DNA from: Diadema antillarum
Taxonomy: Eukaryota
Reading direction: 5' to 3'
Assembly (NCBI RefSeq): GCF_040938485.1
Contig: NW_027270997.1
Span: 186,001-250,000 of the forward strand
DNA length: 64,000 nt
In this document: in pieces, positions 50,245 to 62,042 of the stretch
Numbering within the stretch: the first letter of the stretch is position 1
Layout: every line of letters starts with the position of its first letter
The notes under the pieces: generated by a model
Seen by the model: only the letters and a program-made list of their open reading frames with translations
Told to the model about the DNA's origin: nothing
The model's database searches: none
Translations under genes and position numbers: made by a program

Positions 50245-51023
50245 CAGTGCACTCCCGTTATAACGAATATGGTTATAACGAAATTCCGGTTGTCCCCGCC
50301 GAACGAGTTCGAGCAGGGGACTATGAAACGGGCTCCGTACGTGTATGTGTCCGTCGGTCTGTCTGTCTGTCTGTCTGTGCGTCCGTGTGTGATCAAAATG
50401 TTCAATTTGCTACTTCTCTGTCATTTATGAGCCAATTTTGATTCTGTTTGCTTTATATGATAGCACTACATAGGAGCTTTGAAACTTCTACACAGAATTT
50501 CAGTTGTGACCTTTGACCTTGACCTTTGACCTATATTGTACATTTTGCTACAAAATGCTACTCCTTCGCCATTTCTAGCCCGATTTCGATTCCGTTTGCT
50601 TTATGTGATGGCACTAGGTGAGGGCTTCAAAACTTCTACACAGAATTTTGACCTTTGACTTCTTTGACCTTTGACCTTGATTTCTGACCTGTATTGTACA
50701 TTTTGCTACAAAATGCTACTCCGCCATTTCTAACCCGATTTCGATTCCGTTTGCTTTATGTGATGACACTAGGTGAGGGCTTCAAAACTTGTACACAGAA
50801 TTTTGACCTTTGACTTCTTTGACCTTTGACCTTGATTTTTGACCTATATTGTACATTTTGCTACAAAATGCTACTTCCGGTGGGGACATATATTACGCAC
50901 CGCATAATTTCTACTTTTCCTTGTGTATTTTTATTGTTTATTTGTTCGATTATAACAAAATTTCGATTTATAACAAAAGAAAACTGCTGGTCCCGAGGAC
51001 TTCGTCATAACGGGATGTCACTG
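50245..51023. mobile_element. Family C MITE interrupted by a HINE element
   Basis: TA|CAGTGCACTCCCGTTATAACG ... CATAACGGGATGTCACTG|TA. Confidence 0.75.
50290..50918 (+). mobile_element. Helentron-associated element (HINE/DINE-1-like) with internal tandem repeats of about 155 bp
   Basis: 5' subTIR TGTCCCCGCC (50291), nearby partial IR GCAGGGGAC, (GTCY)n microsatellite, about 3 repeats of 155-158 bp, 3' subTIR GGTGGGGACA (50879), 3' hairpin attacgc-acc-gcataat, T-rich end, inserted at TT. Confidence 0.82.
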
Positions 51024-51215
51024 TATTTGTTTTCCTTTAGAATATTAAATGATGAAATATAACCCAGCAAAATACAATGTACATACATTGTATACATGTA
51101 GTACACGTCAATAGTGTGTTAGCGCTGATTTCATTTTTAACAGAGAATTGGATTTCTTGTCGAGTGCTAAAGTCAAATATCCCATTGCTCTGAAGCTGCA
51201 AGTGTGTTTTGAACA

Positions 51216-51551
51216 TAAAAGAATGGCATAGTTTTGGTTGAGGTGAGGATTCAGTCTTTAAATTTTTGCGGGATACAGCACTGTACTTAAAAACCACTTT
51301 ATGAAACGTTAAAGAGCATACAATTCTAAGAGGAATTCGAAGTATATTTGATGAAAATCGGTTTTGAAATGGCCCAGATATCCGAAAACAAAGTAAAACA
51401 AAGTAATCCTTATAAAAAAGGTGGGTCCCACCTTTTATTAGGATCGCGTATGTTTGGATATGTTGGCCATTTCAAAACCAATCTTCATCAAATAAACTGA
51501 ATTTTGCTTGTATAATTTCATGCGCTTCATATTTATACAAGAGGTTTCTCG

Positions 51552-51589
<38 letters not shown>

Positions 51590-51637
51590 AAACGAAAACC
51601 TGAAGCCCATCTCAACCAAAACTGCACCATCCCTTGA
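51216..51637. mobile_element. Family K1 MITE, diverged, opposite orientation
   Basis: Shared blocks tagttttggttgag and gatgaaaat.gg.tttgaaat; central aaggtgggtcccacctt. Confidence 0.65.
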
Positions 51638-53136
51638 TTAGTATACAATGTACATAGTAATGTATAAAGGAATGGATATTACATGTACATGTACAGTACA
51701 GGTGTACTTGTAATTCACTTTTGGTGGTGTAAACTATTTTTCAGTTACTGTTTACCGATGAAAAGCTTTCTACACTTACACGTGTATAATTACAGTACAC
51801 TGTATCTACTTAGTTTCTTGTTTTATCGATACATGTATTTGTAATCAATTCCCACACCCCGTTCCCCCATATACCTGTCAGTATTATGTACCTGCAAATG
51901 TAATTGCTGTTATGATGGCATTGGTCATGGAGCAAGGCACAACATTTACGTCCTCGATAAGACTTAACATCTGACTAAATAGCCGCAACCCTAATGGCTT
52001 GATTGCTTCTGCTCGCTAGAATCTGTTGGACTAATTTTGGAGGATTTTGATGGATATTTTAGGCTCGCATTTTGAAACAGTGTATCATTATTTCCATTTT
52101 AAGGACTCTTGTGTAATACATGCCAAATCAAACTTGGCACCGGTAACGTGGTGATGTGTAGAGTTACCTACTACTAGAATCCTTTCTTTCTCAATGCTTG
52201 AATACTTTCTGAAAATTCTAGGAAAGTACCAACTACAGTGTATTCATAAAAAACCAAAACAAACAGCAGTAACGACAGGAACAACTCGGTTTAGTCAGTT
52301 GAATGTGATTAGATATGCATTTCTTACCGATTCTGATGAGAATGATGGAAGAGCTGATATAATTGTGACTTCCGGTACACTGTGATGGTGCACGTGTGTG
52401 TGAGTGTGTGTCTTATATTAGTGTTAGTGTTAGTGTGTGTGTGTGTGTGTGTCCGTACGTGTTCGTGTTCACCGGTCAATTAATACTTCAAACTCGGTAC
52501 ACAGTGTAACATAATGGTCAGTGTTCCAGAAATCTGGTAACTTTTACAATTCATGATAACCCTGCAGTCAGTGGTAACCATCGGGAAGTTCTTGGCTTTT
52601 ATTGAGTTTGAAAGAGTCAGGGGCGTATCCCGGCATTTCGTAATGGGGGGCGGGGGGGGGGGGGGGGGGCGCAAAGCAGTTTATGTACCACTTTTGGGAT
52701 TACCATAGCTCACAAGCGCAAAAAAACAACAACCCACAAAAACCCCCCAACCAAACAAACAAACAAATAAACAAAATGGCCATAGACAAGAATGTTTTTC
52801 GTTTAAAAAAGAACAAAAATCAAAGGCGGCGGAAACGCCGTCTTTCAATTAGTTTCTATTTATTCCTTCTATTAAAAAAAAAAGAATAGAAAATAATAAA
52901 TAAATCGATAGATAAATAAATGAATGAATAAACAAATTAATTAATTAATTAATCAATTGATAAATGGGAGCGCCAGGTGAGCTCCCTTCTACATCCGCCA
53001 CTGAGAGTGTTGGTACATGACAGTAATTTACCACTGATTTCAGAGGTACCATTAATTGTAAAGGTACCATATATGCGGACCACTTATAATATTTAGAGAG
53101 GTCGGTGGTATGACTGCATTGCATAATCATGCATTG

Positions 53137-53144
53137 TGACGTCA
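53137..53144. promoter_or_regulatory. CRE palindrome in a CpG-rich candidate promoter of the coiled-coil gene
   Basis: TGACGTCA within a locally CpG-rich stretch; a candidate non-coding exon donor CAG|GTGAGA at 53508 and an acceptor at 55299 precede the ATG at 55321. Function is inferred only. Confidence 0.3.
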
Positions 53145-55320
53145 GCCCAGGTGCGCGCTTTGGTCATTTCAATCGACCTCCGCGCAAGCGCGCTTTCAAT
53201 GAGCAAGTAGGCCTACGTAACAATCAAAAGAAAAACTTTACTTGGCTGCAGCCGCGCCCCCGACAGGCGTATGTTTTCATGACATGGCAGTGAGTAGTGA
53301 AAACAAACGAGGCTGATTTACATGCGCAGGATATACCTCGACACACGTGGTTGGCAAGGCTGTGACAAGGTCTACGCAAGAGTAAAGGCGGAAAAAGGAT
53401 TCACTAAAACAGAGGAGGGAATATTGAATAATCATGTGTGCTCTTGTTCTGTTTGATTAGCAAAGTATGCAGCCTCATCCGCAACATTAAGGGGGACAGA
53501 CAGACAGGTGAGATTTCGTTTTCCCCACGTACTTTTTAGAGAGAATTTAGGATAAAGTTTCACATCAGAAGTGCTGACATTATAGGTAGCGAAGGCAGAC
53601 ATAGATGTCTCTTTACTTGACTTCTCCTGTCCCTCTTTTTGGAAGTTACATAACTAGTCTATAGTACGACATGCTTATATAAATATTTGGTTACCAGGGA
53701 AATTGTATTCTATCTTCAATTTGACTTTGTTAGCAAGAGTAAAGATTAAGCACAACAGTTCATTGAACTCGGTCAAAAATGGAAATAGAAATAAAACTGT
53801 CATAACTGTTGTGAAGTATAAAATCGCACAAACAGCAATGTCGTTCACAATCACTTCACAACGGAAGTTCCACTGCTTGTTTGATCAAGGTTGTGACTCC
53901 GTCATCAAGACTACAAGAGGTGCAGAGTCACAGCTGTCTTATTCACTTTGATCCTAATGCTCTAAAGCCGCCACTCAAAAATGTTTGGATGTTTCATTTA
54001 CGGAAACATATGGACGAGCTACTCCACTAACCTGCTCTTCTTAAATGTAGTTCAATTGCTGGATGCAGTTTGCATATATTACTTATTGCTATGTCGGACA
54101 AGCCTCGGACAAGCCTCGGACAAGCTCTCAGGTTGTGAACAACCTTTGTTTAAAAAGGTATGCGTATACTTTGAATATGTTACGAAAACCGCCTTTTGAT
54201 TTTTTCATTTCATTTTCATTTCATTTATTTCATTTCCAACAACATTTTCATACACAAAATAACACAACATCAATACAATGTCGTAACAAAGAAAAATACA
54301 TGAAGTTAACAATAATACGCATGAAAAAAAGCAAGAGAATATTGAATCAAAACTAAAGTTGCAGGAAATGGAGGAGACATGCTAAAAAGCTAAGCTTGTA
54401 TTTTGCAGTCTCCTCCTTATGTCTCATTACATGGCCAGCCACTTGGGAAGATACTGTGTCTTTACATGCTTTATGATGGCAATTACCTTTTCGCCATCCA
54501 TACGTAATAGCATAAAATATGAGCGATACATAACGGCATTAAAAGACATGCAGGGGGATAGCGAATAATGGAAATTGCGCAAAGATTGATGAAATAGAAA
54601 TCAAAATTACTCGATTGGACATGTCCGGGTGCTAATCTGTCATATGTTTATTGATTTATAAAGAACTATAGTCCTGCTTGAAGATTTTTCATAAATCAGT
54701 TTTATTTGTCGGGATTGCGCGGGAAGGGATATATAAAATCGGCTTTCGTGTGGGGGGGGGGGCACAGTTTCAAACACTATCACAACATAATAGCTCTGAT
54801 TTACACTTTTGCACACCGCGGGATTGACTTTTATGGGGAGAAATTTCATTTCATTTAATCAATGAATAAGCAAACTTTCCCGGTTATATAGTAAAGTTCA
54901 AAATGAATGTCCAGATTGCTTATACAGAAAGACGATAGCTTCAAATCCCGGTCATCAAAGGCACGAATCAACCTGTGGGGAAAAAAAAAAGAATGGTGGA
55001 ATTCTTTGTGCATCCATACAAAACTGACAGCTGTTTTGATAGCCAGTTGGGACCACGGCTGTTGAACCTCCTTAGTTTGAATAATGTTATGTAAAGTATC
55101 ATTGCATGTCTATATTTCATTTCATTCCATTTCATTTCATTTCATTTATTTCCACAACTTGTACAACTGGTTAAAAAAAGAATGAACAATACAGGACAAC
55201 ATGTCAACCATATGCAATACAGTACATATAGTACATTTATATGAAAATACCAATTTGACATTGGTATAATTTACATCTCGTCGATGTTACCTTATTCAGT
55301 TGGTGAGCCCAGGAAGCAGG

Positions 55321-55451
55321 ATGGCACACCACAAGACCGCCGCCGGCTTAGCAGCAGCGTGCGATCAGTCCAGCGCGAGTGTGGATCTGCGGGATGCGGA
55401 CAGACAACCCAGTGTCGACACACGCACAACTAGATCTATGTCAGCCATCGG
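55321..55451 (+). CDS. Coiled-coil gene exon 1 (putative)
   Basis: MAHHKTAAG...SMSAI; donor GG|GTGAGC, phase fits the next exon. Confidence 0.6.
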
Positions 55452-58400
55452 GTGAGCACTCGCTTGTATGGAGGGAGTATTTCACTCATTTCACCAGATA
55501 GGCTACAGTGTATTTCTACTACGTCTGATGCACCATTAACTCCATAATTATGAGAACGACACGGTTACTTCTGAATCAAAGTGTTAAAGGCATAATTTAC
55601 CATTTGCAGAAGAAACAAAACAAAAATAGATCTAAAATGTGAGTTAGGGATTGAAACAACCAATGTAAAAATCTGAACCAGTATAATCGATGTTAAGTAT
55701 TGTTAAACATTGTTAAATATACAAAATGTGAACAATAGTTACAATACAAATGTTTCCGGACTAAACCGTCTACAGTTATGGTTTAATGAGAAAATAGTGA
55801 TATCTCCTTATATTCTAGACTTTACGAAAATTGCAAACAAATTGTATGGTAAGATTTCCGTGATACAACTGACCTACACAATATACATCAAAAGTGATAT
55901 CTTGAACATTTTTAGAATAACTGCTCCCAAAGGTAAACAGACCTTTAAACGTGAAAATGTTAAAAAGCTTGCCTTTAAAACTCAACTCTTATCATCAAAT
56001 TAACTCGAATAAAAAGGAAAAAAAGTCAGAAAAAAAGTAGATGCATTCAATCTCTAGAATTGGACTTCAAAGTGATGACATTTCATAAGTTGAAATGTGT
56101 TCAGATATTATCTTCAGACAATCTGCTCTGTTTCTTTCTTGCTGAGTCTGTCTAATCTATCGACCCGATTGAGCCAATCTTGATCTGATAAAGTTCCTTG
56201 ATTAATGCAATAAAGAATTATCTTTACTCTTTTGTCATTCATTGCTATACTTCTTTTTTTTCCCTATATACCATTCTTTATCTCCTCTACTTTCTATTTC
56301 GATGACTACTAACACGACTAAGCTGAAGTGAGTTTGACGAAGCCCGCACACCCTGTATTCATGAAATGAACACAGGCAAAAAACGGTGTTAGCTCTTAAT
56401 CTTTCATTAACTGATTTCTTTCTTTGCTTTGCTTTTTTTCTTTCCTCTTGTCTTTCTTCTTTTGTTAACGACCAAAGTCATGTCGGCCTGATGGAGGCGA
56501 CTGTTTCCGGATCGGCCTCTCCGATCGATGCTGATCGACAGCCAGAACGTGTCGAGAACGATGTGGATAAAGATGGAACCTCTGTCCTCACTTCAGAAGG
56601 TATATGAGTTTGACTCTTAGGCTTATACCAGGATTGGCATGAGACTAAGTATTGCTCTGTTGGCCGCATTCAATGTCTGCCTGTTTTGAATATACGGTGC
56701 CTAATGGTGGTGAGAAATGATATTACAAACTTGTACATGTATTGTCATTTAAGACAGTCACAACAACACGAGGAGACAAAAACTCGTTATAATCATGATA
56801 ATTATCCACTATATAGTTTGGTCACAAGCATTTAATCTTCATTCAGGGCCACATGAAGTAAAGTCAAAGACCCCCCCCCCCCACACACACACAAATAAAC
56901 GCTATTATAGCCGAATATAGATCACACACGCAAGCAGTATCAAAGCATTGTCACAACAAGTTGGTGTTTTGAATATTATCTTTGTAATTGATGGTCCACG
57001 AATATAAAACCATTCTTTTTCAGTGATATGGCGTTTTCTTTGTCTTGCGATATTTCTTGGGAAATGCTCGAATAAAATGTTCTCTTCCACCCTCCATCAA
57101 TGGCTACTCGTAGAAGGTAAGGCGGACAACGCGATGGAAATAGACTCAATCCCAGTCGTCAAGACCAAAAACCAGTCCGAGGCTCGTCCAACAAATGGTG
57201 ACACAACATCTCAGAAATCGTCTCTCTCCGAGGGAAAGCGAAGAATCAGGTTTGTATTGTTGGTCGCTGGCATCCCGTTTTTGGACGCAACTGAAATGTT
57301 TTTGACGTACTTTGGAATAATAGTGTTTGATACTAGTTGGATGTGGCTATATCTATTGTTAATATACTGCATGTACATAGTTGATTGGGTTAGTCAAATA
57401 CCGGTTAGTGATTGGCCAAACACAGTCATGTGATGGAGGTACATTCGTTGTGTTCGCCCATGGGCGAACATTCTTGTAATGTTCTCCCATTGGAAAAAAA
57501 CATTTTCACGTAAAAAAATGACAGAAGGCCTAGGACCGCGCGTGCACAGTGAATTTGGCTCTGCGCGAGGGAGCGATCAAGTGCGTTGTGCTGGTGGTTG
57601 TCGTTGACGTATTTGACGTATATGACTAACCCATATAATATAACAGATGACGACTTTTGTTGTCGGGAACATGTACCAAACGTTCCACTCTCAGGATATG
57701 AAATGCTATTTTGGGAGGCTATAAGTCCCTCGACTTCGTCTCGGGACTTATAACCTCCCTCAATAGCATTTCAAACCCTTCGGGTGGAACGTTCGGTATG
57801 TTCCCTCCCCCGCCAGTCATCATCTATATGATATCATCAATATAGGGATATCATACTTTAGATATCTTTATTACACTACCTACGTGACCTAGCATACATA
57901 ATACTCAATACAGATTTCCTCTGTTACTCGTGCAAGTCATCTATTTCGTTCATATTATTCATGCATTTTTTCTCGTATTTTTGTTTCCTAATGTGTGATA
58001 ACGACATCGCCATTACGATGACCAATTAAGTAATTTTCTTTTCGAATTTGCTTCTTACTGTCTTGCGAAGTAATAATCCCACCATCAATTACCGGCATTA
58101 TTATAAAGGGAGAGAGTGCTGCGAATCACCGATTACTCATTTTGCTAAAAAAAAAATAGGGAAATACTCACTGCAAGCCATTTATAATTACTGAATTCCA
58201 GAAACGCTGACGAATCATCTGACGACGAAGCTAAGAATGAAAACGAAGAACACAATTGCCGGAAGGTTGATGACGCGCTGGTCAATGTTGGTCAGCAATC
58301 GAACTCTCGCGTATCAGAGACACCAGCCGACAAACATTTCGACATCAGCATCGATCTTAACGTCATGCCATACACCACTGCAGACCTCCAGGAGGCCCTG

Positions 58401-61400
58401 AGCGATTGGCAAAACCAAGTTACGAGTTCCGCTCTTTCAAGGTTAGCTCCTTCTGCCAATCAGGAACTCGATCCGGAGAGAATCGATATTCTAAATGTTG
58501 GCGCCACGTTACTGAGGTCCATACCAATTCACGGACTAACGGGGCAACAGAAGTCTTCTACTGAATCAAACGATGCCATGGTAACAGACTATGACGCTCT
58601 GGAAATAAGTGATGACACAGAGAAAATCCTGGAACAGGGTAGGATACCTGTTGATGCAGAGAGCAGAGGTAGACAACCAATAATATCTCACCCCTTTGGC
58701 TCGCAGAAGTCGCCGTGCGAGACAATCAGGAAATTCATGGGGGAGCTGCTCTCGCCCAAGGATACGGATCTGCTAGATCTCTCTGATCATGAAATCGTCA
58801 GCAGCACTGACCTTAATGTTGTCAAGGACGAAAGTAGCATGCGCACTTTCTCGCGCGACACCCGAGATAATGCGACGCCCTCCCGCGGCACTGGTCGTAA
58901 AACAGTGAGATTCACTCTTGCTGACGATGATTTTCCGTCAGACAGTCTGACCAAAAAAGTAAGTGGAATTCTCTCATCTCCAGAATCATCATCGTCATCG
59001 TCTTCCTCTTCATCTTTCGGATGCCACCTCGAATTTCCCGCGTCCGATCAGAGAGGGGAATTCCAAGAAACAGACACCCATGATCCAAATGACCCCATTG
59101 GAGCCACGTGTAGAGCTTTTAAGGCAATGGGCACATCACCACGAATTCTGCTATCCGAAAGGGACCTTCCTGTGATAAAGTGCCGAAACCAGGAACAAGT
59201 CTTCGATATAGAGGATATCATGCCGAGCGAGATAGTTATCGAAAGCATCCTTCCGCTATCTGCTTGTTCCTCCACATCTTCCGACGATGAAGAGTCCAAG
59301 CAATCCTTCGAAGAGCTCATGGACGCTTTCGCAGCTCCGGCTCTCGAAATGCCGACCTGCGATACCGGATGTGCTCGATACTTCTCAGAAATCGAACAAG
59401 CAAGGGACAGTCTAGGTGAAGGAGAAGCAATAGCGTCAGAAAAGACGCAGCAGCAAGGTGCAGACTTTCCGGACACGCAGAGTCCAGTTTCTGATACTCT
59501 ACCACAGGGTACCATGCAGGGCTCTTCTAACGAACCTTCGCGCTTCGATCATGACAACTCGGACCCACATACCGGCGTCCATCTTCTGGGATATGAAGCC
59601 TACCATCGCGGCTCCTTCTCGGCCAGCGATCTCCCCATGGCGGTCCCAACCGCTATTAATTCTATTCGGGAGAACTCCGATGACGCGTCTGCCAGCCGCT
59701 GCAGCTCTGGCTCCATGAAAGTCATTCCCGCCAGTTCGAGCGAGAGCCTGCCATTGACAGATCAGTTTCAAACGTCTCTTGATACAGCATCAAATCTGTC
59801 TTCAGAGACGAATCTTCAGGGCCTCGCCGCCGCGCCCGTCGTGTTGCAGCGATCACTACAATACCTGGCGCAGATTCAACAACTGGAGAACATGGTTCAG
59901 GATGGGAACAAACAAATCGCATTGCTTCAGGTGGGCAGGTTTTTAAAATTAAGACCTTGTCTAATTTTGTTTTTTAATAATCCTTGTTCATTGATGTAAC
60001 CTATTTGGCAAGAAATCCCGAAGACATCTCTTTAACACACTAGAGCTGTTTTGTTTATTCTGACACAACGACACATCGAACCTAACCTAACTGCTTTGAT
60101 ACATGATCTGGTTTCTTGAAATCGTGTTGCTTTCACAATGACTTTGAAGCATGAGCCTGATTTAGTATATCGTGTCGTCTGTTATCATGGACACTAGTTC
60201 ACATCATTCGCATTGTTTTTATCAAAATTTCATCTAAATTATAGTCAGAGTCGGTTAGAGTCAGAATATACCGTCTGTCAAATTTAAGCTCTGTGTGCGT
60301 ACCTTGACAATTGCATATGCAAGGTAAAAAAACCCACCCAAAAACTCATTTACACAAATTGTATTAAAATTTCAATCCACGTCGATAAATTTAGATACTC
60401 AGAGTGTCTTCCAGACGCCTACAAATGCATGATGCCATCTATTAACAAAAAGTTTAAACACTTTGCTTCCTGTCACGACGTAACTAATAAGCCAATTTGT
60501 CGTGACGTTTTCCAAGTTGGGGTTGCTTCCTAGGGACTGCACTCCAAATGTCACTATGACGTAATGGCAAGTTCTTTTGGGAGGAAGCAAGGTTCCATGG
60601 TTGAACATGATATCATGTAGTTGTAGGATGACGTCATCATTTGGCTGTTTTCCTGCGCGCAAAGGAGGAGCGATCGACACGTGACCGTGACGTCTCCAGG
60701 GAGATGATCGCCATTCGGCAATCTCTGGAACGTGAACTGGAGGAGACGCGCACCCAGTCCTGGATGGTTCAGAAGCAACTCAATCAGCAAATCAAGGGTC
60801 TCACTGCAGATGTAAGTCTTAGAGCCATAGAGATTATACACCCAAGTTAGATCTTGTATTTATACTCGCTGTGAGACCAACATCTTCAAAAACCAGTAAA
60901 TGCTTGCAGAAAGGCATCGTTGTGCTTAATGTATAGTCCTGCTCTCTACCCAAAAAAAAAAAAATATAGTCCTGTTTTCTATCCGAAAAATAGATAGATT
61001 GATAAATCGGTAAGTTAATGTATGACAGATTAGAGTGTTGAACTGATATCTTGATTCTGAAGTAATATCAGGCCCCAACGAAAACTCTAATTTCACCTGT
61101 TGAATCAATCTTTTATTGAAGAGTGTCAAGGAAGGGAAATTCTTTGTCAAACTCATCGGTGGTTTCGTATACTTATTCAAAAAACCCAATCAGTTCCTAC
61201 ACGACTTCATCAACTTTGATTAGGACAAATATGGTTTCCATAGACTCTGGTTTCAAACATTTCTTCCTCCCTCGCCTGTTAAACAGAACACATCTCTCCT
61301 AAAGCAAGTGAACCACACCACCAATCGCATGCAGGAGCTCGAACGTACCAACATGACTATCGCCGTACAGTACCACAACGCTCTGAGCACACTGAAGGTA

Positions 61401-62008
61401 TCATTGTCATCCCGTTGCCGTGGTAACGAAATCCAATCTTTTGTGACTTGTTACCCTAACCCGAATGGAGGAATACCATTTCTACTCAAGCATAGAAATA
61501 ACATTGATCTAAGAGATGTATTGGGGTTTAGGATATTGTTACGTATATATTAAAATTTATTAGAAAAGGAAATCAGAAAGAGCTTAGTTGCAAATTTAGG
61601 ATACAATTGTAACAGGGCTTGCTGGATAACTCATTTTTTTTTTCTGTCCATGTACGCACAGCGTGACGATAACTAAACAAACTCAATGAATAATACTTGT
61701 ATAGACATTCGTTGAGAAATGAAATTCATTCTGCCGAGAGCGCCATCTTTACACTCATACTTAGCATCTTGTTAAGACCTCTTCTACTATTTCTTTTCTC
61801 TTTCATTCCTAACGTCATTGTACATCTATCAACCTTGTCTATTTCTTTGTTTTCTTTCTTTCACTGCCCTCATGTTTCATCTCCTGTCCAGGCTATGGAA
61901 AGGGACCAAAAGCATGCTCAAGATAGGATACAAAAACTACAGCAGCAGCTGGAAGGTCCACAGACAGAAGATTCTAGCGGACGGTACCTTAAGACTTTTT
62001 TTTCTCTC

Positions 62009-62042
<34 letters not shown>

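Noticed and set aside
56480-56491. ATG-TCG-GCC-TGA mini-uORF overlapping ATG 56491
   Set aside because: An upstream in-frame coding exon (55321-55451) explains the frame, so this lies inside the CDS.
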